Positions 9,790 to 18,667 are shown, counted from the stretch's first letter. The stretch: 64,000 nt of DNA from a bacterium (GCA_021810025.1 JAJZJS010000001.1:154790-218789), one strand, 5' to 3'. Made by a program: numbers and translations. Notes: a model not told the origin generated them from the sequence alone.

Positions 9790-10788
9790 TTGCTTCATTT
9801 AATCTTAATAAAAATGTATCCTAATTTTAAAAAAGATAGACCCTTATTAATTCTTGCTCCAATGGATGATGTAACGGATAGTTCGTTCCGAAGTATTGTT
9901 AATCTGTGTTGCCCGCCAGACATTTCTTTTACTGAATTTTGTAATGTTGATGGTCTCAATAGTTCTGGCAAAGATCGACTTAGGGTTAAACTTGATCATT
10001 CTAAAACTGAGACCAATTTAATTGCTCAGCTCTGGGGCTTAAACCCTAACAATTTTTATCAAACGGCTCAAGAAATAATTCGAGGAGAATATGGGAAGTT
10101 CGTGGGAGTTGATCTTAATATGGGTTGCCCCGATAAGACGATTGTTAAAAACGGAGCGTGTAGTGCGCTTATTGAGAATAGAGACCTTGCCTTAAATATT
10201 ATAAAAGCTACTCAAAAGGGGCTTAACGGGAAGTTACCTCTTAGTGTTAAAACTAGGCTAGGTACCAGTAGCATAGATTATTCTTGGCACAAATTTTTGC
10301 TCGAACAAAATTTAGATATGCTTATAATACATGGACGAACGAGGTTAGAAATGAGTAAAGTTGCTGCTCATTGGGGAGCTATTAAGAAGATTCGAGAACT
10401 ACGTGACGAAATTAGTCCCTCAACCCTAATAATTGGTAATGGAGACGTTACAAGTTACGATCAAGCTCTTAGCTTAAGCCATAAATATCAATTAGATGGT
10501 GTTATGGTAGGGCGTGGAATTTTTAATGATCCCTATCTGTTTAGTCCTCAAGAAATATGGGAACAAACTAGTCCTCCCCAAAAGATTAAACTGTATTTAA
10601 GACATGTCCAGCTATTTAATAAAGCTTGGGGAAATAATAGACCTGTCTATATCCTTAATAAATTTTGCAAGGTATATATCAATAATTTTCCGGGTTCAAA
10701 GGAGCTCAGAGAACAATTAATGCAAGCTAAAGATATCATTGATCTCCAATCTAAGCTCAGAACTATTCTAGATACTCTAAAAAAGTAA
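9790..10788 (+). CDS. dus: tRNA-dihydrouridine synthase
   Basis: Dus motifs LILAPMDDVTDSSFR, catalytic-Cys region DLNMGCPDKTIVKNGACSAL, and HGRT. The likely true start is ATG 9814 (MYPNFKKDRP...). Confidence 0.85.
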   Translation: MLHLILIKMYPNFKKDRPLLILAPMDDVTDSSFRSIVNLCCPPDISFTEFCNVDGLNSSGKDRLRVKLDHSKTETNLIAQLWGLNPNNFYQTAQEIIRGEYGKFVGVDLNMGCPDKTIVKNGACSALIENRDLALNIIKATQKGLNGKLPLSVKTRLGTSSIDYSWHKFLLEQNLDMLIIHGRTRLEMSKVAAHWGAIKKIRELRDEISPSTLIIGNGDVTSYDQALSLSHKYQLDGVMVGRGIFNDPYLFSPQEIWEQTSPPQKIKLYLRHVQLFNKAWGNNRPVYILNKFCKVYINNFPGSKELREQLMQAKDIIDLQSKLRTILDTLKK

Positions 10789-10974
10789 AAATTGAATTTG
10801 TCGGCAAGTAAATTAAAACGACTCTCGCGGATTAATTAGATTATGAGTTGTGCTTGTGCTATATCCAATCAGTGAAGAGGTTATCTTAATGAGGCATATT
10901 ATATTTCGAGTATTGAAATTTGATTTTTTAAAGATAATTACAATATAGTAAGGGGTATACTAAAAATACAATAA

Positions 10975-12441
10975 ATGAATCAAAATCCACTCGAACCACA
11001 AAATGTCCCCAATGAAGATAAGAGCTTGTTAAGTCCAATTAATTCTGTCCCAGAGGAAGGTTTTTCATCTGACACCAAAGAGCAGTCCTCATCCATAGAA
11101 TCTTCACCTTCAGTTTTGTCACCACTAAACAATGAGCTGGATAAAAAAAGTCCTGAGTCGTCTATAACAAGTTACAGCGCGAACGATGTCCAAAAAGTAC
11201 GAAAAAAAGTTAAACTAAAATTAATAATTCCCATCATTCTCGTCATCTTATTAATAGGTTTAGTCTATGGATACTTTGGTTATTATATGAGTCCTAATAC
11301 AATATGGAATAATAGTTTAGGCAATGCATCTATTGGATATAATAAACTAGTAAATTATTTCAATGCAGGATCGCGTCAACATTATTCTGGTGTTAATATC
11401 AGCGGAACGTTTAATTTACAATCAGGTACCAATCACTATAACGGCGTCGTAAATATTCAAAGTGAGGGTCAAACATCGCTAGCTACAATAAATCTTGATC
11501 TAGGTTTAGGTAAAGTTGAGCTCAATGAACGAAGCCTTCCCGCGACAGGATCTCCAGATCCCAATGTTTACCTCCAAATTAATGGAATTAATCAATTCAA
11601 TAATTATTTTTCGGCTTATGCACCACTTTTAGATAATTTAAACGGGCAGTGGGTAGAAATTGATCACAATATAATCGCTGATGCAGTAAGCCAATCGACC
11701 AAAAATCAAACGTCAAATTTGCTCCCGACATGGTCTAATATTGGATCATTTTTATTAACAACAGACTTAATCAACAAGAAGTATCTTTTCAGTACAAATA
11801 AATCCGATGCGGTATTAATAATAAAGAAAAATTATGGTGCACAAAACATTAACGGTATTTATGCCGAGCATTATTTGGTTGGATTTAATAAAATCAATGC
11901 CAGATTTTATCTATCTGCTCTTTGCAACGCTTACATGAATAGTAGCCTAGGAAATTATCTTAAACAAAACACAAATAGCTCATCGACCAACAATAGCTCA
12001 ATTTGTAATACTTTTGCCGACAGAGCTAATAGTTTAAATAATGCGGACACTTTCCAGCTTTGGGATGACGTCAATAGTCGTATACCTTATATGATTAGAT
12101 TCACTTCCAATAATAATCCATTAGAAAATTATATAGATGTCGGCTTAGATCAAAACGCTTCTAATAACTATCCGTTTTTTATTGAAGCGATAGGTAAAAC
12201 AGGTAATACAACGATACATTTATTGTCCAATATTACATTAGACACATCAAATAGAAGTATTGTTGCTGGTATTAAGGTTGCTGATGGAAGTACCATTTTT
12301 AACGGTAGTTTTAGTTTTTTGCCAAGCAATAAAACAATAAGTACGCAAGCGCCAACTGCTTCTGTGCCCTTGACCACAGAATTAAACAATTTAAACCTAG
12401 GTGCTTTAGCTAGTACTCTTCCTGTTGGTAAAGGCAACTAG
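10975..12441 (+). CDS. hypothetical membrane-anchored extracytoplasmic protein
   Basis: 488-aa ORF with a disordered S/E/P-rich N-terminus, the TM helix LIIPIILVILLIGLVYGYFGYY and an N-rich ectodomain. Confidence 0.65.
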   Translation: MNQNPLEPQNVPNEDKSLLSPINSVPEEGFSSDTKEQSSSIESSPSVLSPLNNELDKKSPESSITSYSANDVQKVRKKVKLKLIIPIILVILLIGLVYGYFGYYMSPNTIWNNSLGNASIGYNKLVNYFNAGSRQHYSGVNISGTFNLQSGTNHYNGVVNIQSEGQTSLATINLDLGLGKVELNERSLPATGSPDPNVYLQINGINQFNNYFSAYAPLLDNLNGQWVEIDHNIIADAVSQSTKNQTSNLLPTWSNIGSFLLTTDLINKKYLFSTNKSDAVLIIKKNYGAQNINGIYAEHYLVGFNKINARFYLSALCNAYMNSSLGNYLKQNTNSSSTNNSSICNTFADRANSLNNADTFQLWDDVNSRIPYMIRFTSNNNPLENYIDVGLDQNASNNYPFFIEAIGKTGNTTIHLLSNITLDTSNRSIVAGIKVADGSTIFNGSFSFLPSNKTISTQAPTASVPLTTELNNLNLGALASTLPVGKGN

Positions 12442-12547
12442 TTTATAAGATTAAAGTTTAGGTACTTTGACGTTGCTTGAGGTAATCAATTTTGGTGTTA
12501 GGTGATGCCAGTAAAGATTAGTTGGATTTAAATATGTATAGATGTTC

Positions 12548-12623
12548 TGGTGGGGGCGGTAGGAATCGAACCTACTACCAAGCGGTTATGAGCCGCCTGC
12601 TCTAACCGATGAGCTACGCCCCC
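12548..12623 (-). tRNA. tRNA with CAT anticodon, probably tRNA-Ile2 (lysidine-dependent)
   Basis: The reverse complement GGGGGCGTAGCTCATCGGTTAGAGCAGGCGGCTCATAACCGCTTGGTAGTAGGTTCGATTCCTACCGCCCCCACCA folds as a cloverleaf with a perfect acceptor stem and encoded CCA. The anticodon arm GGCGG-CTCATAA-CCGCT plus TGGT variable loop resembles my recollection of E. coli ileX more than metT. Confidence 0.85.
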
Positions 12624-12686
12624 ATATTAGTCTACCCAACGGGGTAAAGTATAGCAGATATTAATAAATTTGGTAATATTAAGATA

Positions 12687-13139
12687 ATGTTAACTAAAAT
12701 TAAAATCGACCAATATTTAAAGAAACTTAATATACTCATTAACAAGTTTTCAGATATCAGATTTACTGGTCAGGTTATTTTTGGGATAATAGTGATTTTG
12801 GTCTTTTGGAGTGGAGCAAGCGCAATTGAGGCTAATTATAACCTTCAACAACAGATCACACAACTCAAGGAGCAGAATTTAATTATGAAACTTCAAAATA
12901 ATAATATTATTCTTCAAAACAAATATTATAAAACTAATCAGTATCAAGAATTATCAGCTCGGGCTAATCTAGGGCTAGCTTATCCTGGGGAGACAGAGTT
13001 GATAGTTCCTTCTAGTGTTGCCCTAAAATATACAGTTAACCTAAACCCTAATTTAAATTCATCTCACAACACAGTTTCAAACATTGGATATTTAAAGAAT
13101 CTCAATGATTGGCTAAACTTCTTTTTTGATAGAAATTAA
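12687..13139 (+). CDS. septum formation initiator family protein (FtsB/DivIC-like)
   Basis: 150 aa with a single TM helix (VIFGIIVILVFWSGASA), a coiled coil (QQQITQLKEQNLIMKLQNNN) and ARANLGLAYPGETELIV, the usual DivIC-family C-terminal block. Confidence 0.65.
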   Translation: MLTKIKIDQYLKKLNILINKFSDIRFTGQVIFGIIVILVFWSGASAIEANYNLQQQITQLKEQNLIMKLQNNNIILQNKYYKTNQYQELSARANLGLAYPGETELIVPSSVALKYTVNLNPNLNSSHNTVSNIGYLKNLNDWLNFFFDRN

Positions 13140-13193
13140 TTAAGCTCTTTATTTTCTACTATTTTTATGCTTTAATTGGAACATTAATATTAA

Positions 13194-13268
13194 CGCGGGG
13201 TGGAGCAGCGGCAGCTCGATTGGCTCATAACCAATAGGTCGCAGGTTCGAGTCCTGCCCCCGCAACCA
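13194..13268 (+). tRNA. tRNA-fMet (CAT), initiator type
   Basis: CGCGGGGTGGAGCAGCGGCAGCTCGATTGGCTCATAACCAATAGGTCGCAGGTTCGAGTCCTGCCCCCGCAACCA has the C1xA72 mismatch diagnostic of bacterial initiators. Only two of the three canonical anticodon-stem G:C pairs are present (stem ATTGG/CCAAT). CCA is encoded. Confidence 0.9.
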
Positions 13269-13345
13269 GATTATACACCAACAGAGGTAGACTTGGTTCC
13301 TAGACCGGTCTTTTTAATTACTCCTTGAATCTTTATCTCTGTTGT

Positions 13346-13364
13346 CAGGTTCGAGTCCTGCCCC
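13346..13364 (+). repeat. 19-nt direct repeat of the T-arm / 3' part of tRNA-fMet (att-like scar)
   Basis: CAGGTTCGAGTCCTGCCCC occurs at 13242-13260 inside the tRNA and again at 13346-13364. A further T-loop-like GGTTCGAAC follows at 13370-13378. Confidence 0.7.
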
Positions 13365-13706
13365 TATTCGGTTCGAACTGTGTAATTCATTGAAAATCTC
13401 ACAATAACTTCTCACGGGCGGTTCCATAACCGTCCGATTCTCTATATGAAGACTGGACACTTGCAACTTAGACCGGGTTCCATGATCGTTTCGTGCCCAA
13501 GTCGAAGTTAAGAATTGTTTCCTAGCTTCTTATACACCCGATCACGTTGCTTAAATTGTCTATTGAGAAACGCAATGTTCTTATCATGATAAGCAATAAG
13601 AACTTTTGGACTAGAACCATGCATTAAACGTTCAACATATTGCGTTAGCTTGCCCTCATTGGCTCGAACCTTGCTAATTTACCAGTAAACTAATAATACC
13701 TCTATT

Positions 13707-14284
13707 TTGTGGTCCAGAAGCGACTGCGACTCTGTATGGGGGTTGGACAATTGTACCCCCTTGGCCGAGTTCTATGAACGGAGTTGTCTGAGCGTGTCTA
13801 TAACTCTAATGCCATCGAATACTATTATGGAAATTGAACGTATTCTACTTGAGCTTCAGGTATTTCGAAACGTCTCAGTACGAGAGTTGTTTGAAGCTAA
13901 AAACCTGGTCCGAGTCAGTGAGTACCTATACTCAAAGCCTAATCTCACACTTACTATAGAAAATATTCTATTGCTCCATCAAATGTTAATCGGTGGCATC
14001 AATGATTCAATTGCCGGAAGATTACGTAAGCTAATGAATATGTAAGAGTCGGGACGCACATAGCTCCGACTCCGGAACACGTTGAGCAATTACTTGAGAA
14101 TTTAATAACAACTTTTTCTAGCAGTCATGACACATATTTCTTAGATAATATTGCGCATTATCATTTAGAGTTTGAGAGAATTTATCCTTTTTGTTATGGT
14201 AACGGTCGTATCGGTAGAGTCTTGATTAATCAACAGCTAGCTCAGCTTGGTTATCCAATAGTGATTCTTCTAATTATAAAGTGA
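13707..14284 (+). pseudogene. Fic/Doc family protein pseudogene (frameshifted, catalytic motif degenerate, C-terminally truncated)
   Basis: The first frame ends ...LLLHQMLIGGINDSIAGRLRKLMNM*. A different frame continues from about 14030 as ANEYVRVGTHIAPTPEHVEQLLENL...HYHLEFERIYPFCYGNGRIGRVLINQQLAQLGYP...*. This is the Fic core, but with YPFCYGNGR in place of HPFxDGNGR. Confidence 0.7.
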
Positions 14285-14573
14285 CCTCTTTTGAGAACAA
14301 TATATTTTGGAAGGTAATAGTTAAGACTAATCTTCATTCTGTTACTTGTTTGTCTTTGTTATTCATGATATTTACTGGCTTTTTATTTACTTAATTTGGC
14401 AAAAAAATAAATTTTGTTTCTAAATGTATCTGATCAACTAGACCGTGTTCTTAAGAGACGAGATTGTGTTCCTTTATCAATCTTTTAAGTCAATAATATT
14501 TAAATTTCATTGACGCTATTAAAACTTATAGGCATGGTCAAAATTTAAATCTTTATCTATAATAAAGATAAGC

Positions 14574-16133
14574 ATGAGAACTAAAGAAGGTGGTTTTACT
14601 TTAATCGAATTAATGGTGAGTTTGGCGGTTCTCTCTATCTTAGCGTTAGGCTTTTTTGAATTATTTAATGCTCTTTTAAATAGTGCCTTTCTAGCGCAAA
14701 AAGAGGCAACTGCATTAACTTTAGCTAATACTCAAATGGAATATCTAAAATCTCTCCCATATTCAGAATTGGCGGTAGCGGGCGGACCAATCATATCGTC
14801 TCAAACTATTCCGGGAACTATCTATAAAACGGTTAATGGGCACCAATATATCATAACTACCACTATTGTTTATGTCGACGATGCTTACGATGGATGTGGC
14901 TCTTACCCTTCTTTAGCCCTAGAAAAAATCTATTGCCGTAATTATCCTCCTCCGGCCAATGCTCCAACTACTAATGTTGACACCGCTGACTATAAAGACG
15001 TTAGAGTGGCCGTAAGTGATTCTGTGACGGGCTCAGTTTTAGCGACGCTTGATACCTATATCGCTCCCAATGTTTATGGCAATACTGGCAACAACGGAAC
15101 TTTGTTTGTGAAAGTTATTGACAACAATGGTAATCCGGTTTCAGGAGCAACAGTCGAGGTAACCAATAATAGTCTAGATCCGACCGTTAGTGTAGGTTCA
15201 ACTACCGACTCAAATGGAATGGCCTTATTCTATAATCTTCCACCCGATAATAAGTATGATTATGTGATTAGTGCATCTGATGCGAATTATTCAACCTTAA
15301 CAACCATTGGAGCTCAAGGAAGTTTGGAACCGAATTATCCTAATCAGAAATTAATTAATCAAAGTTCATCTTTGGCCACTCTAATGATTGAACCACAAGG
15401 ACAGTACAGTTTATTAATGCAAACCACCGATGTTAATGGCAACCCTATTCCAGGGGTAAAAGTGTATGTTAAGGGTGGCTATAAAGACTATACAAGCTCT
15501 TCAAATACGCAATATTATTATGATACGATTGCCCAGAATGATAGTCCTGTTACCGACTCAAATGGAATGGCAGGATTAACTAATTTAGTTCCAGGTAGTT
15601 ATATTTTCTGTGGCGATACCGGAAGTACAGGCTGTAGCGTTGGAGGAACAACTTATTATTTAGCTGCCGCAGTTCCGTATGGTGGAAATAACCCTCTTAA
15701 TCCAATCGTTGTACCGACTTATTTAGCCTCTAATCCACCTTCCACAACGTATAGCTATAACGGTAATAGTTACCTCCAGGAAGTTCGTTTAATGTTGACT
15801 ACCTCATCTACATTTCCCAGAATTAACAGCATTACTCCGTATAGTGTCAGCTTATCAACCAGTAACTTATCTGACTTTAGTTTTACCTTAAATGGTCAAA
15901 ATTTACCTTGTTCGGCAAGTTCAACCAATTGTTCAACAACAGTGAGTTTTAAGCAGGGCAGCACTTCTTTTCCAGCTTCATGTACGGGCTCAGGGGCAGG
16001 ATTAGTTTTAAATTGTACCGTTAATCTATCAAATGTTACAACTGGCAACACTCAGTTAGTGGTTAGCTCCAATGGATCAACCTTAACTTTACCACCCAGT
16101 CCATTGATAGGAGGATTAATCATTGATCAATAA
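14574..16133 (+). CDS. large pseudopilin / minor pilin with prepilin N-terminal methylation motif and adhesin-like beta-sandwich repeats
   Basis: The N-terminus MRTKEGG|FTLIELMVSLAVLSIL is a type IV prepilin cleavage/methylation site. Two CarboxypepD_reg-like repeats follow (NGNPVSGATVEVTN...TDSNGMALFYNLPP and NGNPIPGVKVYVKG...TDSNGMAGLTNLVPGSY), then a Cys-containing Ig-like C-terminal domain. Total length is 519 aa. Confidence 0.85.
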   Translation: MRTKEGGFTLIELMVSLAVLSILALGFFELFNALLNSAFLAQKEATALTLANTQMEYLKSLPYSELAVAGGPIISSQTIPGTIYKTVNGHQYIITTTIVYVDDAYDGCGSYPSLALEKIYCRNYPPPANAPTTNVDTADYKDVRVAVSDSVTGSVLATLDTYIAPNVYGNTGNNGTLFVKVIDNNGNPVSGATVEVTNNSLDPTVSVGSTTDSNGMALFYNLPPDNKYDYVISASDANYSTLTTIGAQGSLEPNYPNQKLINQSSSLATLMIEPQGQYSLLMQTTDVNGNPIPGVKVYVKGGYKDYTSSSNTQYYYDTIAQNDSPVTDSNGMAGLTNLVPGSYIFCGDTGSTGCSVGGTTYYLAAAVPYGGNNPLNPIVVPTYLASNPPSTTYSYNGNSYLQEVRLMLTTSSTFPRINSITPYSVSLSTSNLSDFSFTLNGQNLPCSASSTNCSTTVSFKQGSTSFPASCTGSGAGLVLNCTVNLSNVTTGNTQLVVSSNGSTLTLPPSPLIGGLIIDQ

Positions 16134-16716
16134 CAGGCAACAATCTGGTTTTACTCTAGTTGAGCTATTAATTTCGATTGTTCTAGTGGTTATTTTATTT
16201 GTTTCATTTGGAACCTTTTTTATAAATTACATGACTCTTTATTATGGACTACAATCGGACTCAACTAATGCCATCGAAATGACCCAGGAGATTGAACGAA
16301 TGGCCTCGGTTTTAAGAGGTTTAACTAACATTACTTCCGCCACTCCTAACAGCTTAACGGCTTATGCGTATTTCTCGCCAAACGATACTTTTGTATCTTT
16401 AATAAATTATTATGTTAATGCCAGTGGGAATGAGGTCATGGCTACTGTTACTCCAATGACCGGTAATCCTCCAGACGGAACACCAATTAGTAGTGAGGCT
16501 ACGACCTATACTATCATTAGTCATTATTATCAGCCATCAGGGAAATCCTTGTTTACCTATTATGATTCAGCTCAAGATGTTTTAAGTCAGCCTATTACCA
16601 ACCAAGAACTAATCAGTAGCATCGGTATCAATTTATCGGAACCAGCTACCCATAATGCTAATGGACAGCAATTAAGTACTGAAGTAACATTAAGGAATAG
16701 GATTGCTAGCTCATGA
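16123..16716 (+). CDS. minor pilin / pseudopilin (prepilin-type N-terminal domain)
   Basis: MINNRQQSG|FTLVELLISIVLVVILFV is a prepilin motif. The gene overlaps the upstream gene by 11 nt. Confidence 0.8.
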   Translation: MINNRQQSGFTLVELLISIVLVVILFVSFGTFFINYMTLYYGLQSDSTNAIEMTQEIERMASVLRGLTNITSATPNSLTAYAYFSPNDTFVSLINYYVNASGNEVMATVTPMTGNPPDGTPISSEATTYTIISHYYQPSGKSLFTYYDSAQDVLSQPITNQELISSIGINLSEPATHNANGQQLSTEVTLRNRIASS

Positions 16717-18266
16717 TACCAGCTCTATTATCGGTTATTATAGCTTTTTCAATAATGGCAACGGCTGTTGGCAATATTGTTTTAACCAATATTTCGGTGG
16801 CAGCCAATACTATTAAGAGCGAGCAAGCTTTTAATATTGCTGAAGCCGGTATCAATTATTATAAGTGGCATCTTGATTATAATTCCACAGATTACGAAGA
16901 TGGTCATACTGGCGAAACCATTAACTCTAGTATGGGATATGGTCCATTTGTTCATCAATATATTGACCAAAATGGAGTAGATGAGGGAACTTATACTTTA
17001 TATATTGAACCACCTAAAGTAGCAGGATCAACTATTGTTACGGTAACTTCAATTGGACAAGTAGCCGGTAGTAATTTTACTCGTACTATTCAAGCCGAAA
17101 TAGGTTCACCTTCGTTTGCAAGTTATGGAGTTGCGTCTGATTCAGCGCTTTGGTTTGGCAATAACGAAACAGCCGATGGTCCTATTTTCTCAAATCAAGG
17201 AATTCGAATGGATGGACCTAATACCTCAACCGTAACAAGCGCTAACAGCACCTATGTGCCATCAGTAGCGTTAGGAGGGAATGGATATACGACAGAGCCA
17301 GGCGTTTGGTGTAGTGATACCGTTACGTCACCAGTTGATTGTGCAACTCGTAATACTAGTAATTGGGTATATCCATCAAATAATATAGATTTTAATCAGA
17401 TAAATAATAGTTTATGTAATTTAAAAAAGATTGCCTTTTCTAATAACAGTACAACCGCATCGATTGCTACTGCATCAAATGCTTGTACTCAAACTCCCAA
17501 TACTCTAACTACTAGTTATTTGCCCAGACGAGGTTTTTATAGCGACAGTCAGAGGGGATATTTAATTATGCTTAATTCGAATGATACTTATAACCTCTAC
17601 GATGTTAATAACGAGAATGACACCTTAACACCTTACACATCTGCCTTAAAACTTAAGCTGGTGGCGGATAATATTGCTATACCATCATCTGGAGTAATAT
17701 TTGCCGAGGATAATGTGTGGGTTCTGTCGAACCCAACTTTTACAGGTCGAGTTACAATAGCTGCCGGTCGAATGACAAGCTCTAATACTTTTTCAGAAGC
17801 TAATATTGTAATTGCGGGACCTCTTCAATATGGAATAAAAAATGGTACAGATGCTATTGGATTAGTGGCTCAAAATTCAGTTATTTTAGCTCCTTATGCC
17901 CCACCAACGAGTGGAGCCTTTACCTTTGAAATAGATGGAGCTTTAATGGCTGTCAATGGAAATGTTTGGTACCCCCCTAATTATCGCAATAATTATTATT
18001 ACTGTACTCAAGGTTGGACTCAGTCTGACCAAACTCTACTGTTTTATGGCTCGGTTACAACAAGACAAGTTTGGACTTGGAATTGGCTAGACGGCCAGTA
18101 TCAGTGTGGTAACGCTGCTTACGATCCAGTCAATGGATATATATCTGGTATTGAGAATACTGTTACTCAATATGATTATAATCTAGAATTTAATCCACCT
18201 CCGCACTATCCCAACATTGGGGGCAATGCTATTATCTCTTGGCGCGAAATATTAACTAGACCTTAA
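16713..18266 (+). CDS. PilX-like large pilus-associated protein (hydrophobic N-terminus without the G-F-T-x-E site)
   Basis: 517 aa with an ATGA overlap onto the upstream pilin gene. The N-terminal TM helix LLSVIIAFSIMATAVGNIVL is followed by EQAFNIAEAGINYY, which resembles the PilX N-terminal domain. The remainder is large and N/T/S-rich. Confidence 0.6.
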   Translation: MIPALLSVIIAFSIMATAVGNIVLTNISVAANTIKSEQAFNIAEAGINYYKWHLDYNSTDYEDGHTGETINSSMGYGPFVHQYIDQNGVDEGTYTLYIEPPKVAGSTIVTVTSIGQVAGSNFTRTIQAEIGSPSFASYGVASDSALWFGNNETADGPIFSNQGIRMDGPNTSTVTSANSTYVPSVALGGNGYTTEPGVWCSDTVTSPVDCATRNTSNWVYPSNNIDFNQINNSLCNLKKIAFSNNSTTASIATASNACTQTPNTLTTSYLPRRGFYSDSQRGYLIMLNSNDTYNLYDVNNENDTLTPYTSALKLKLVADNIAIPSSGVIFAEDNVWVLSNPTFTGRVTIAAGRMTSSNTFSEANIVIAGPLQYGIKNGTDAIGLVAQNSVILAPYAPPTSGAFTFEIDGALMAVNGNVWYPPNYRNNYYYCTQGWTQSDQTLLFYGSVTTRQVWTWNWLDGQYQCGNAAYDPVNGYISGIENTVTQYDYNLEFNPPPHYPNIGGNAIISWREILTRP

Positions 18267-18291
18267 CGCCAATAAGAAATAGACTAGAGTA

Positions 18292-18606
18292 GTGAATAAT
18301 CAAAATAATATTAGTCCTTCGAACCCGGCAACTGTTAATCCACAGGCCTTTAGTTCAAGCTTAAGTAATGTTGTAAATTCCCAGACTCAAACTTCAGCAT
18401 CTAACTTGAATACGAGCTCAACAGTTAATACGGGCATAAATCTTAATATTCCTAGCACAAATAGCTTTATTGGTTCTAGTCCGATTCAACCACCATCCAA
18501 AACCCATAATGGTTCATATATAGTTGGAATAGTAGCGGTTATTTGTTTTGGGTTAATTTGTTTTATGTTATATAGACTTTTTCTGCCTAGTTCTAAAAAA
18601 AGCTAA
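18292..18606 (+). CDS. hypothetical S/T/N-rich protein with C-terminal TM anchor
   Basis: 104-aa ORF with a GTG start, low-complexity sequence and then the TM helix IVGIVAVICFGLICFMLYRLF. It is the last gene of the pseudopilin operon. Confidence 0.5.
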   Translation: MNNQNNISPSNPATVNPQAFSSSLSNVVNSQTQTSASNLNTSSTVNTGINLNIPSTNSFIGSSPIQPPSKTHNGSYIVGIVAVICFGLICFMLYRLFLPSSKKS

Positions 18607-18638
18607 TATATTATTGTTGAAATGACAAAATAAGCTAC

Positions 18639-18667
18639 TTGATAAAATAAATTGTTTCAGGTATAAT
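18639..18667 (+). promoter_or_regulatory. near-consensus sigma70-type promoter
   Basis: TTGATA (18639-18644), an exact 17-nt spacer, then TATAAT (18662-18667). Confidence 0.55.

Larger units (their letters stand above)
13269..14572. mobile_element. decayed remnant of a tRNA-fMet-associated integrative element (no intact gene)
   Basis: A partial direct repeat of the tRNA 3' arm lies at 13346-13364. The region also holds a Fic pseudogene, a short orphan ORF remnant on the minus strand (13508-13678) and no intact CDS over about 1.3 kb of an otherwise gene-dense genome. Confidence 0.45.

Noticed and set aside
9489-9824. A 111-aa ORF upstream of and overlapping dus.
   Set aside because: Its composition is non-protein-like, with almost no acidic residues. 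It overlaps both neighbours, and I treat it only as part of an ambiguous region.
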